64,000 nucleotides of DNA, from positions 3,104,001-3,168,000 of the forward strand of contig CBDFLE010000006.1 in NCBI GenBank assembly GCA_965248925.1, given 5' to 3'. The notes beneath the pieces are model-generated. The model was not told the DNA's origin. It made no database searches and saw only the letters and a list, made by a program, of their open reading frames with translations. A program made the translations under genes and the position numbers. How positions within the stretch are numbered: position 1 is the stretch's first letter; the number at the start of each line of letters is the position of its first letter. This stretch comes from Candidatus Multivoradales bacterium. GTDB taxonomy: Bacteria > Acidobacteriota > Thermoanaerobaculia > Multivoradales > J023. This document shows, piece by piece, positions 35,571-45,574 of this stretch.

Positions 35571-37562
35571 TCAGGGTCTCATCACCACCGCTTCGCGGTG
35601 TTCGTAGCGCTGCAAATTGATCGACAGCTTTCTGGCGGTGCTCTGATCGCCGGCTCGTACTGCGTTCATCGCCAGGGAGCGCTGCCACTTGATGGCGGCT
35701 TCGAATTGGCCGGCGGCGGCCAGGGCCATGGCGACGGTTTCGGCGTGGTCGAGGTTGTTTTGCAGGGCGAAGGCGCGCTGGGCTCGGGGCAGGGCGGCGG
35801 CGCCGTCGCGGACCGCCGGGTCTGAAGCGGTGGCTTGCAATCTGGCCAGAGTATGAAGCAGCTGCGAATCGTCGGGATGCTCTGCAGTGGCGGCCAGCAA
35901 GCGGTCGCGAGCGGTTTGTTGCTCGCCTTCAAGAATCCACAGGGAGGCCTCGGACAGCCAGGCGGTGGCGTTGCTCGGATCGAGTTCTACCGCCTTGGCG
36001 AAGAGCCGCAGGGCCTCACGGTTTTGCTCCGCGAGTTGTAGGGCGTTGGCCAGCTGGGTGTGGGCGAAGGACGATTCGGGGGCCAGTTCGGCGGCGCTGC
36101 GGTAGTGGCCCAAGGCTTCGTCGCGGCGGCCGATCTGCCAGGCCAGCTTGGCCAGGGCGTCGAGATTCTGGGAGCGTTCCAAGGCGCTCAAGCCGGCCGT
36201 TGGCGCCTGCAACAGAATGGTGTAGGCGCGACGGCGGCGGCCGGTTTCGGACAACACGGTCACCAGACCCTGGCGGGCGGTGCGGTTGCTCGGATCTTCG
36301 GCCAGCAGGGCTAGGAGTTCAAGGTTGGCACGGTCGCTGTTGCCGGTTCTAAAACGCGCCATCGCTGCCAAATAGCGGGCTCGCGGTTCTTCGGGATCTA
36401 GTTCCAGAGCTCGTTCGAGGGCTTCGAGCGCCTCTGGCCAGCGTTCTAGCGAGGCCAAGGTGTTGGCCAAGTTGAAGTGGGCTTGCAGCATTTCCGGGGC
36501 CTGCTCGGCGGCGCTGCTGAAAGCGGCCACGGCGAGTTCGGGCTGCTTGTTCTGCAGCTGGGCGTTGCCGAGGTCGAGGTGCAGCCAGGCGTTGTCGGGA
36601 TGTCGTTCCACCGCCTCGCGCAGTTCACTGACGGCTTCTCCGGCGCGGTTGGCGCGGAGCAGAGCCAAGGCCAGGTTGCGCCGGCTTTCGCTGTAGTCGG
36701 GATTGGCGCTGACCGCGGCATGGAAGGTTTCGATGGCTTCCTCCAGTCGACCCGCTATCAGCGCCCGGTTGCCACGTCGCATCAATGCACCGGAGCTTCT
36801 GGCAAGTTTTTCGAGCCGCTGGCGCAGCGGGTCGGGAAAGGCGACTTCGCCGCCCGAGGGCTGGGCGAGCAACGCTGCCGCGTCTTCGATGCGACCGAGC
36901 TGGCGATAGGCCAAGGCCAGAGGATGGCGCACCGCGATGGCATCGGGATCGCTGGCGAGAGCACTTTCGAAGTGAGTGACGGCGATTTCCGGATCGCCTT
37001 GCTCGGCCAGGACTCTGCCAAGACCGTAGGCTGCTGCCGCGGCGTGTTCCACTTGTTTGGCCAAGGATGCAAAGGAGGCTTCGGCATCCTCTAACTGACC
37101 GAGGCCGAGCTGCGAGTTGGCCAGGCGCAGGCGCGCCGCCGGGTTCTCAGGCCGCAGTTCGAGCGCGCGGTGCAGGTGCTCGCTGGCGGCGGCTAGATTC
37201 CCTCTAGACTGTTCCAACAAGCCTTGAAAGTAGGGCCAGCGAAAGCTCTCCGGGTCGAGCTGTTCGGCGTTGCCGTAGCAGCCAGCGGCGGCGTCGAGTA
37301 ACTCGTAGGTATGGTACAGCTCGCCCAAGCCGCCGAAGGCGTCGGCGAGGGCGCGGTCATCGCTTCTGCCGCGGGCTTTTTCGAGCTGCTGACGCTGCGC
37401 CTCCAGCTGTTGGCGGGCGACGGCTTCGACGGCGCCCAGGTCGGGATGGTTGACTTGGCCGAGGTTCGGGCGCTCGGGCGTGCCGCCGCAAGCCGCCAGC
37501 AAGCAGCAGCCAAGCACCAGAGCGATTGAGATTCGGGCTGAGATTCGATCCGCTCGAGTCAT
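35571..37562 (-). CDS. TPR-repeat lipoprotein
   Basis: LAAC lipobox; many TPR repeats; ATGA overlap with CRTAC1-like gene. Confidence 0.88.
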   Translation of the reverse strand: MTRADRISARISIALVLGCCLLAACGGTPERPNLGQVNHPDLGAVEAVARQQLEAQRQQLEKARGRSDDRALADAFGGLGELYHTYELLDAAAGCYGNAEQLDPESFRWPYFQGLLEQSRGNLAAASEHLHRALELRPENPAARLRLANSQLGLGQLEDAEASFASLAKQVEHAAAAAYGLGRVLAEQGDPEIAVTHFESALASDPDAIAVRHPLALAYRQLGRIEDAAALLAQPSGGEVAFPDPLRQRLEKLARSSGALMRRGNRALIAGRLEEAIETFHAAVSANPDYSESRRNLALALLRANRAGEAVSELREAVERHPDNAWLHLDLGNAQLQNKQPELAVAAFSSAAEQAPEMLQAHFNLANTLASLERWPEALEALERALELDPEEPRARYLAAMARFRTGNSDRANLELLALLAEDPSNRTARQGLVTVLSETGRRRRAYTILLQAPTAGLSALERSQNLDALAKLAWQIGRRDEALGHYRSAAELAPESSFAHTQLANALQLAEQNREALRLFAKAVELDPSNATAWLSEASLWILEGEQQTARDRLLAATAEHPDDSQLLHTLARLQATASDPAVRDGAAALPRAQRAFALQNNLDHAETVAMALAAAGQFEAAIKWQRSLAMNAVRAGDQSTARKLSINLQRYEHREAVVMRP

Positions 37563-39379
37563 TGTTCTACCTCGGAGCCTTGGCCTTGGCGCAACAGGTA
37601 GTAGGCGCCTGGGGACAGCCGGGCAAAGGTCTCGCGTTGGCCGCCGGTCCATTCCACCGTCACCGTCACCGGGGCGGTGGAGCCGCCGAGGCCAAAGAGC
37701 AGCCGCGGATCGCTCGACGAGGCGTAACTGCTCTGGCTGCCGGCCCGGCGCCAGAGCACCAAACCATCGGTCCGCTCGAGCCTGGCGCGAGCACCCAGCG
37801 CGTCGCGCTTAGCGCTGCGCAAGCGCACACCTAGCCAGCTCGCATCCTGGCCTACTCGGTTGCGCAGCAGCCGCACCGGGCCGCTGTTCTGGGTGACCAC
37901 CACGTCGGTGTCGCCGTCGTTGTCGAGATCGCCGAAGGCGGCGCCACGGCTGACCTCGGAAAGGGCAAAGACCGCTCCGGCCCGCTGGGTGACCTCGGCG
38001 AAGCTGCCGTCAGCTAGATTGTGGAACAGCTGGTTGGTTTGGTGCAGCGGCAGCGGGTCGCCGGCCAGGGCGAGTTCCTTGATCACTTTGACGGCGCCGT
38101 GAACCACCAGCAGGTCGAGCCAGCCGTCGTTGTCGTAGTCGAAGAAAGCGGTGCCAAAACCGGTGAAGGACCACGACGGTTGGCCCAGCCCGCTGCGGCT
38201 GGAGTGGTCGGCGAAAGCGCCCTTGCCGTCGTTGCGGTAGAGGGTGTGGGTTTCTCGGCTCAAGTGCGACAAGAAAAGGTCTTCATCGCCATCGTTGTCG
38301 ATGTCGGCGGCGGCGACTCCCATCGAAGCCTCGGCGTGGCCTTGGCCGTTGACCGCCGTGCCGGCGAGCAGGGCGCGGTCTTCGAAGCTGCCGTCGCCGC
38401 GGTTGTGCCACAGCTGATTGGGCAGGCCGTCGTTGGCGACATAGAGATCGAGCAGGCCGTCACCGTCGAAATCAGCGGCACTGGCCCCCAGCGCGCCACC
38501 GAAGGCTCGGCGCAGCCCGGCGCTGGAAGACACATCTTCGAAGCTGCCATCGCCGCGATTGTGCAGCAGACGGTCGGCCAGTGGTGGGTAGGCCAGCGGA
38601 CCGCAGTAGTTGCGCTGGCCTAGCTCGTCGATACAAGGTTTGTCGGTGGCGACGGCGTAGCCTAGGTAGTTGCCCAAGAAAAGGTCGAGCCAGCCGTCGC
38701 CGTCGTAGTCGAAGGCTAACGCCGGCACCGTCCAATGTCGGTCGCCCGTGCCGCTTCTCGCGGTGCGATCTTCAAAGGTACCGTCGCCACGGTTGTGCCA
38801 CAGCTGGTTCGGGCCGACGTTGGTGACGTAGAGATCCACCCACCCGTCGTTGTCGAAATCGGCGGCCACGGTGCCCATGCCATAGCCAGTAGAGCTGCTC
38901 AAGCCACTCTGCTGGGTGATGTTGACGAAGCGCAGCTCGCCGCCTTCGGCAGTGTCGTTGCGCCATAGCTGGTCGGACAGTGAATTTGGCTGCGCCGGCG
39001 GGAAGACGGCATCGGCCAGGGTCTTGCCCCTCTCTTCGCCGAGCAGATTGCCCTGCACCAGATAGAGGTCGAGATCACCGTCGTTGTCGTAGTCCAGCAA
39101 GGCGGCGCCGGCACCCATCATCTCGGCATAGTAGAAGTCGCCGCTCATGCCGTTGAAATGGATGAAGTCGAGGCCGGATTCACTGGCCATGTCGTCGAAG
39201 AGAGCCGCTGGATCAGTGTTCTCGGAGTTGGTGGCGTCGCTCGCCACCCGAGTGCCAGGGCTGGCAGTGCCCGGTGTGGCCGGGGAGTTCGAATCGCAAG
39301 CCACCGAACCCACGGTACAGATCACGATCGCTAGTGCCACAGCGGCGAGCGGGGATATTGGCAGTCGGCGTCGAAACAT
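37559..39379 (-). CDS. CRTAC1-family protein (FG-GAP repeats + ASPIC/UnbV)
   Basis: Repeated D.DNDG..DL motifs; SRGAAFGDLDNDGD; ALGAR...SY.S..D.RL.FGLG. Confidence 0.92.
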   Translation of the reverse strand: MFRRRLPISPLAAVALAIVICTVGSVACDSNSPATPGTASPGTRVASDATNSENTDPAALFDDMASESGLDFIHFNGMSGDFYYAEMMGAGAALLDYDNDGDLDLYLVQGNLLGEERGKTLADAVFPPAQPNSLSDQLWRNDTAEGGELRFVNITQQSGLSSSTGYGMGTVAADFDNDGWVDLYVTNVGPNQLWHNRGDGTFEDRTARSGTGDRHWTVPALAFDYDGDGWLDLFLGNYLGYAVATDKPCIDELGQRNYCGPLAYPPLADRLLHNRGDGSFEDVSSSAGLRRAFGGALGASAADFDGDGLLDLYVANDGLPNQLWHNRGDGSFEDRALLAGTAVNGQGHAEASMGVAAADIDNDGDEDLFLSHLSRETHTLYRNDGKGAFADHSSRSGLGQPSWSFTGFGTAFFDYDNDGWLDLLVVHGAVKVIKELALAGDPLPLHQTNQLFHNLADGSFAEVTQRAGAVFALSEVSRGAAFGDLDNDGDTDVVVTQNSGPVRLLRNRVGQDASWLGVRLRSAKRDALGARARLERTDGLVLWRRAGSQSSYASSSDPRLLFGLGGSTAPVTVTVEWTGGQRETFARLSPGAYYLLRQGQGSEVEQ

Positions 39380-39436
39380 GTTCTAAGAGTTCGCGGGAAG
39401 ATTCGCAGCGGGGCAGCGAGCAGCGCGAACTTTAAC

Positions 39437-41899
39437 ATGGGATCGCGCGCGGCCCCGAGGCCGGGCCCTCGGCCCGTGACAACTCTCTTACAAACTCTGT
39501 GGCCTCGCCGTCCGTCTAAATCTTCAGCAGCACAACTTCATGGGCGGTGGCGGATTGCCGGGCCCAGGAGTCGACTGCGCAAGTTCAACACAGTTAGTTT
39601 TCTCGGAGGCACGGGTTTGTCCTTGGCTAGCGGTGTCTTTTTTCAAAGTTGCAGGCAGCTTGTTTGGGTGGGCGGTTTTGCCGTTTCCGTGGGTGTGCTG
39701 CTAGCGGTCTGCGCGCCAGCGCTGGCTGCCAGCTTGCCGCCAGGGCCGCACTACTCGGTGCCCAGGTCGTCGGGGGAGATCACGATCGACGGACAGCTCG
39801 ATGATGCCGCCTGGGGCCAGGCCGTGGTGGTCGAACTCGACTACAAGACCCAGCCGGGCGAGAACATCAAGCCGCCGCAGCGAACTTCGGTGCTGTTGAC
39901 CTACGACAGCACACGGTTCTATGTTGCCTTCAAGGCGTTCGATAGCGATCCGGCACAGATTCGTGCCCATCTCAGCGATCGTGATCAAGCCTGGCGGGAC
40001 GATTGGGTTGGTATCGTGCTGGACAGTTTCAACGATGGACGTCTGGGCTTCGAGTTCTTTGTCAGTCCCTTAGGCGTGCAGATGGACCTGTTCTACGACG
40101 ACGTCAACGGAAACGAGGACGCCGCCTGGGATGCGATCTGGGATTCCGCTGGCAGAATCACCGCAGAGGGCTACGTGGTGGGGATCGGCATCCCCTTCTC
40201 ATCGATTAACTTTCCCCCGGCCAGCGGTGAGCAGACCTGGGGATTCCAGGCCATCCGCTCATATCCGCGTAGCGAGTCCCACCGCTTTCGCAGCGAGCCG
40301 CAGGATCGCGACCGCAGCTTCTACATCTGTCAGTTCTCCAAGATGACCGGTTTCGCGGATGCCAGTCCGGGGCGCAATCTGGAAATCGTACCGACCCTCA
40401 CCGCCGGCCGTTCCGACAGCCGCGACACGGCGAGTGGGTGGCCCCTTCGAAGAAGGCGACTACGATACCGATCCTGGACTGACGGTGAGCTGGGGAGTGA
40501 CTCCCAACCTCACTCTTAGCGGCACCCTCAATCCCGATTTCTCCCAGATCGAAGCCGACTCGGCTCGACTCGAGGTCAACAATCAATTCGCCCTCTTTTT
40601 TCCCGAGAAGCGCCCCTACTTTCTCGAAGGAGCGGACATCTTTAGTTCGCCGATCAATGTGGTGCACTCGCGGGTGGTGGCCGATCCGAGTTGGGGGCTG
40701 AAGCTCACCGGCAAGCAGGGCAAGCATGGGTTGGGGGTGATGGTGACTCGCGACTCCTTGACCAACTTCTTGATCCCGGCAGTCAGGGCTCGTCGTTGGG
40801 GTCGGTCGCTACCCCTTCAACCTACGCCGTCCTGCGCTACCGCCGCGATCTGGGCGAGAGTTCGTCGATCGGTGCCTTGGTTACCGCGCGTGAGGGCGCA
40901 GACGGCTACTACAACCGAGTGGCCGGTATCGATGGCTTGTGGCGGGCGACCGACTCGGATTCGTTCACCTTCCAGGCTTTGACCTCCCAGACCCGGTATT
41001 CAGTGGCGATTGCCGAGGAGTTTGACCAGTCGCGGCAGCAGCTTGACGACCTCGCCTATCGTCTCGGTTATCGCCACGGTAGCCGCAATTGGTTCGCCTA
41101 TCTGAGCCATGCGGATACTGGCGTCGACTTTCGCGCCGATCTGGGGTTCTTGCCGCAAGTGGGCCAGCGCAAGTCGGTCGCCGGGTTGGAGCGCATCTTC
41201 TGGCCCGCGGAAGGTCGGCAGACCTGGTGGAGTCGTGCCGAGCTCGGTGGTGACTGCGACGTCACCACCGAGGAGGACGGACCCGAATTGGAGCGCGAAC
41301 TGGAGTTTTGGTTCGAGGTCCAAGGTCCGCAGCAGTCTTCGCTCGGAGGGCGTTGGACCCGGCGCTCGCGTTTCTTCGGCGGCGTAGAGTTCGAGGAGAG
41401 TGTCCGTCAGTTCAATTTTCGCATCAGTCCAAGCGGTGATTTCTCTACCGGTATCTTCGTCCGCAGCGGCGACAACGTCGATTTTGCCGGCACCCGGCCG
41501 GGCGAGCAATTGCGCATCGATCCATGGCTGCGGCTCAATCTCGGACGCCATCTGAGCTTCCGCTTGAGCCATCGGCATGACCAACTCAACATCAATGCCG
41601 GTCGCCTATTCACCGCCGACCTTACCGAGGCGCGGCTGGTTTACCAGTTCAACCGCCGCAGCTTCCTGCGTTTGATCACCCAGAACTTCGACATCGAGCG
41701 CGATCCGCTGCTCTATGCCGAGGAGATCGATGGCGAGCAGCGCGATCTCTTCAATCAGCTGCTGTTCTCCTACAAACTCAATCCCCGCACTGTGCTCTTC
41801 GTTGGCTACTCCGACGCCAATCAGGCCAACGAGCGCCTCGATCTGACCCAGGCCAACCGCGCCGTGTTCATGAAAATCGGCTACGCCTGGGTGCTGTGA
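39437..41899 (+). pseudogene. CBM9-like/DUF5916 outer-membrane protein split by two frameshifts (true start probably near 39620-39670)
   Basis: IDG.LDD.AW and WDAIWDSAG (ORF1), TLNPDFSQIEAD..FFPEKRPYFLEG (ORF2), beta-barrel ending KIGYAWVL (ORF3); shifts near 40435 and 40776. Confidence 0.8.
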
Positions 41900-41998
41900 T
41901 GTATTGGGAAGGTCCTCGTTCCCTGGTCTCCCCCAAGCTCATTTGGATTCGCTGACCCGAACAAGCACCGCCCGCCATCACACGGTCAGAGTCGCGGA

Positions 41999-42247
41999 TT
42001 ATGCGTAGGCAATGGTTGGGATCTTGAGATAGCGATCAGGTTCTTCGTCCTGATGCTGAATGGCGAGGAAGCGCCGCTCGATCTTCTTCAAGACCTTGGC
42101 ATCGTAGAATACCGTGCCGCACGCCTGGCAAATTTCAGCGGGAGTGTTAGGAACCAGCAGGTACTTTCCCCGATGACTGTAAAGGTACTCGACCTTCCGA
42201 GTCTCGAAGTCTTTCGAATCACAAGAAGTGCAACGAGTGTTCGTCAT
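41999..42247 (-). CDS. YgiT/MqsA-type zinc finger protein (putative antitoxin)
   Basis: CTSC...VPNTPAEICQACG; coupled to DUF4258 gene. Confidence 0.85.
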   Translation of the reverse strand: MTNTRCTSCDSKDFETRKVEYLYSHRGKYLLVPNTPAEICQACGTVFYDAKVLKKIERRFLAIQHQDEEPDRYLKIPTIAYA

Positions 42248-42552
42248 TCTCTAGTACCTCGGGTCCATGGGTCGATGAACTTGGGTGGCGTCGGGATATA
42301 GACCGTGATAATCGCGACTTTCTGTCCAAACCAACCGCAGACTACATGGATGGGTTGTTCGTCGCTCATGCCTACGATCAGGCAACTTTCCCCGCGTCCA
42401 GTGTTGGGATAGGACTCCAGAACCTGACCTGCCAGCAGAGCATCCTCGACCTGCTTGAGAGTGAGGTCGTCCGTCTTCCGCTCCAGATCACCATGGGAAG
42501 TATACACATACTCCTCTGCGCGAATCCGCGCCTTGATCTCTTCGAGATTCAT
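42244..42552 (-). CDS. DUF4258 domain protein (putative RelE-like toxin)
   Basis: YTSHG, G.VLESYP..GRGESCLI.G, PIHVVCG, IITVY.P. Confidence 0.88.
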   Translation of the reverse strand: MNLEEIKARIRAEEYVYTSHGDLERKTDDLTLKQVEDALLAGQVLESYPNTGRGESCLIVGMSDEQPIHVVCGWFGQKVAIITVYIPTPPKFIDPWTRGTRE

Positions 42553-42708
42553 AGAGAGTCCTCTGTGGACAGGGCCACCTCTTGGGCGAATTTTAGCATG
42601 GGAGCGAAATCACCGAACCGCGCTCCCCTTGGTGACCAGAGTCGCGACGCTGATGTGGGTAGCATTTCAACGGCTCGGGTCAGTGACCAGCTGTCATGAA
42701 GTGCCAGC

Positions 42709-43569
42709 TCACCTGCGGCGGATCACCGCGGTGCGGGGAATGCCGCCGTAGTCGCGGACAGTCCGGCGGAGTTCGAGCCGTGGGCGCTCGGCGATGGCGT
42801 TGGCGAGCCATTCGTGTTGGTCGTAGCCGATTTCGAGCAGCAGGTGAACACCGGAGCGCAGCTCGCGGGCGCTGTCGAGCAGGTGGGTGATCAGCGCCCG
42901 ACCGGCGTCGTCGGCGTAGAGGGCCAGGTGGGGTTCGAAGTGGTGAACTTCGTGCGACAAGCTAGGGCCCTCGGCCGGATTAACGTAGGGCGGGTTGCTG
43001 ACCAACAGGTCAACTCGTTGCAGGTCGAGACCCTCGGCCAGGTCGCCTTGCAGGCAGGTCAGGCGCTGGTCGCGGAGGTGGCGGCGGGCGTTGGCGGCGG
43101 CGACGGCTAGGGCATCCAAGGAGAAGTCAGTGGCCAGTACTCGGGCCGCGGGTAGCTCGGCGGCCAAGGTGACGGCGATGCAGCCGGAGCCGGTGCCGAT
43201 GTCGACTATGGTTGGCCGTTCGCCGAGTTCGAAAGCGAGGGCGGCTTCGATCAGATGCTCGGTCTCGGGGCGGGGGATCAACACTCGGCGGTCGACGGCG
43301 AAGGAGCGGCCCCAGAACTCACGCTCGCCGGTCAGATAGGCCACCGGCTCGCCGGTCAGACGGCGGTCGATCAGCGCTAGGAACCGCTCCTGGGTAGCCC
43401 CCGGCAGCGGCTCTTTCGAACGGGCCAGCAGCTGGGCCTCGCTGTAGCCTGTGAGGTGGCCGAGCAAGAGGCTGGCTTCGCGGGCCGAGGGGGCAAACGC
43501 CGCCGCCGTCAAGCGGCGGCGAGCCGCGGCCAGCACTTCGCCGATCAGCGCTGTCGCGGGGCCGGCCAA
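42709..43569 (-). CDS. prmC: Release factor glutamine methyltransferase PrmC/HemK
   Basis: GEPVAY..G.REFWG, VLIPRPETE, DIGTGSGCIA, SNPPY. Confidence 0.95.
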   Translation of the reverse strand: MAGPATALIGEVLAAARRRLTAAAFAPSAREASLLLGHLTGYSEAQLLARSKEPLPGATQERFLALIDRRLTGEPVAYLTGEREFWGRSFAVDRRVLIPRPETEHLIEAALAFELGERPTIVDIGTGSGCIAVTLAAELPAARVLATDFSLDALAVAAANARRHLRDQRLTCLQGDLAEGLDLQRVDLLVSNPPYVNPAEGPSLSHEVHHFEPHLALYADDAGRALITHLLDSARELRSGVHLLLEIGYDQHEWLANAIAERPRLELRRTVRDYGGIPRTAVIRRR

Positions 43570-43571
43570 GT

Positions 43572-43745
43572 TCAGTGGACCTCCACCAGCGACTCGCGGC
43601 CGGCCACGGGCTGGCCCTCGCCGTCGCTGATCGCGTCGCCGAAGGTGATTTCAGCCGCTCGGGCGCCAGCCGCTGACAGGGCGCTGAAGGTGCGCGCCAC
43701 GATCATCACAAGTGCGAGCAAGCGGTGGCAGTAGGAAAATCGCAT
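43572..43745 (-). pseudogene. 57-aa ORF, probable truncated secreted protein (carboxypeptidase-regulatory-like start)
   Basis: GGAGGA RBS; MRFSYCHRLLALVMIV..SAAGARA then EITFGDAISDGEGQPVAG...VEVH*; ends 2 bp before prmC. Confidence 0.4.
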
Positions 43746-43916
43746 GTCGGATCCTCCGCAGGGAGGGCAAGACGGAGGACTCTACCCTCTCATACCGAGC
43801 AGAAATCAAGCCAGGTTCAATGGCTCACGCTGATGGCCGAAGATCGGCGGTATGATGCGCCCCCGTCGGCCACTACACCGATTGCCCACTGGGCTGGCGG
43901 TGCCCGGAGGTCATCG

Positions 43917-44888
43917 ATGGCTAGCGATCAGAACCACCCTCAGAGTGGCGCCCAAAACGGTGTTGCGCGCTCGTTGAGCTGGCGCCAGGTGGCGGCGCTG
44001 GGGGCGGTGTATGTGATTTGGGGCTCGACCTATTTGGCAATCCGTTTTGCCATCGAAACTCTGCCCGGTTTCAGCATGAGCGGCCTGCGTTTCTTACTCG
44101 CCGGTGGAGTGCTCTACCTGTGGGCAAGGCTGCGTGGTGCCGCGCCGCCGCGCTGGGTGGAGTGGCGCTCGGGACTGGTGATCGGCGCTTTTCTGCTGCT
44201 CGGCGGCAATGGTGGGGTGGTTTGGGCCGAGCACCGGTTGCAGTCTGGGATGGCCGCCTTGATCGTCGCCAGCGAGCCGCTTTGGGTGGTGTTACTGCTC
44301 TGCGTTTGGCCCCGCTCTGAGCGACCGCGGCCGGCCGTCCTATTCGCCATGTTGCTGGGTTTTGTGGGTGTGGTGCTGCTGCTCTCGCCCGCTGTCGATG
44401 GGTCGGTAGGGACGGCGATGGCGCTCCACCTGCCGTCGGCGTTGATGGTGATGCTGGCGGCGGTTTCCTGGGCCATCGGCTCGCTCTATGCACGGCGCGC
44501 GGCGCAGCCGAAATCACCAGTTTTGGCGACCGCCATGCAAATGTTGAGTGGCGGGTTTCTGCTGAGCTTGGCGGGGGTGGTCGCCGGAGAATGGCAGAGC
44601 TTTGAGCCGCAGCAGACTTCGTTGCTGTCGGTGATGTCGTTTCTCTACTTGGTGGTTTTCGGCGCCTTGCTGGCGTTTAGTTGCTACAGCTGGTTGGTGC
44701 GGACCACCGAGCCCACCCTGGTGGCGACCTATGCCTATGTCAATCCGATGGTGGCGGTTTTTCTCGGCTGGCTGTTGGCGGGCGAAGCGGTAGGCTGGCG
44801 GACCTTGCCAGCTGCAGGACTGATCATCGGCTCGGTGGTGTTGGTCGGTTGGTTGAGCCGGTCCAAGCGACGATCCGCGAGCCCCTAA
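43917..44888 (+). CDS. EamA/DMT family transporter (YedA-like)
   Basis: VYVIWGSTYLAIR, GNGGVVWAE, TYAYVNP.VAVFLG; about 10 TM. Confidence 0.93.
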   Translation: MASDQNHPQSGAQNGVARSLSWRQVAALGAVYVIWGSTYLAIRFAIETLPGFSMSGLRFLLAGGVLYLWARLRGAAPPRWVEWRSGLVIGAFLLLGGNGGVVWAEHRLQSGMAALIVASEPLWVVLLLCVWPRSERPRPAVLFAMLLGFVGVVLLLSPAVDGSVGTAMALHLPSALMVMLAAVSWAIGSLYARRAAQPKSPVLATAMQMLSGGFLLSLAGVVAGEWQSFEPQQTSLLSVMSFLYLVVFGALLAFSCYSWLVRTTEPTLVATYAYVNPMVAVFLGWLLAGEAVGWRTLPAAGLIIGSVVLVGWLSRSKRRSASP

Positions 44889-44912
44889 GACAAGCTATGG
44901 AGAGGAGGATGA

Positions 44913-45524
44913 ATGGCCGAAGACCTCAAGTCCCCCGCCACGCCCCAGGTTGTTCGTTGTGACTGGGCTGGCGATGATCCGCTCTACATCGAGTATCACG
45001 ATCGCGAATGGGGGGTGCCGCAGCACGACGATCGAAAGCTCTTCGAAATGCTCCTGCTGGAAGGGGCCCAGGCCGGTTTGGCTTGGATCACAATCCTGAG
45101 AAAGCGCGAGGGCTATCGGCGGGCACTCGAGGGTTTCGACGCCGAGCGCATCGCCCGCTATGGCGACGCCGAAACTGCTCGTTTGCTGGCTGATGAGGGC
45201 ATTGTTCGCAATCGGTTGAAGGTTAAGAGCGCAATCCGCAATGCCCGCGCTTTCTTGGCGGTGCAGGAGGAGTTTGGCAGTTTCGACAGCTATCTCTGGC
45301 GCTTTGTCGACGGTCAGCCGATCCAGAACAGTTGGCGGCGAATGGCCGAGGTGCCGGCCTCCACCGAGCACAGCGATGCTCTGTCGAAAGATCTGAAGAC
45401 CCGTGATTTCAACTTTGTCGGCTCGACTATCTGCTACGCCTTGATGCAGTCGGTGGGAATGGTCAACGATCATATTTCCGACTGCTTTCGCTACCGCGAG
45501 TGCACTGTCTTGTCGTCAGTGTGA
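44913..45524 (+). CDS. tag: DNA-3-methyladenine glycosylase I
   Basis: RCDWA..YHDREWG, LEGAQAGL.W, IVRNRLK, FVGSTICYA, NDH..C. Confidence 0.96.
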   Translation: MAEDLKSPATPQVVRCDWAGDDPLYIEYHDREWGVPQHDDRKLFEMLLLEGAQAGLAWITILRKREGYRRALEGFDAERIARYGDAETARLLADEGIVRNRLKVKSAIRNARAFLAVQEEFGSFDSYLWRFVDGQPIQNSWRRMAEVPASTEHSDALSKDLKTRDFNFVGSTICYALMQSVGMVNDHISDCFRYRECTVLSSV

Positions 45525-45574
45525 CTCCAAGGCTGAATACCGGTCGAATTCTGTAGGAGCGAAGCAAAGGGGCG

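Noticed and set aside
31289-39379. GT-C-TPR, TPR and CRTAC1 genes as one novel glycosylation system
   Set aside because: These families are commonly abundant in such genomes; they are on opposite strands and split by ptrB, with no direct evidence of linkage
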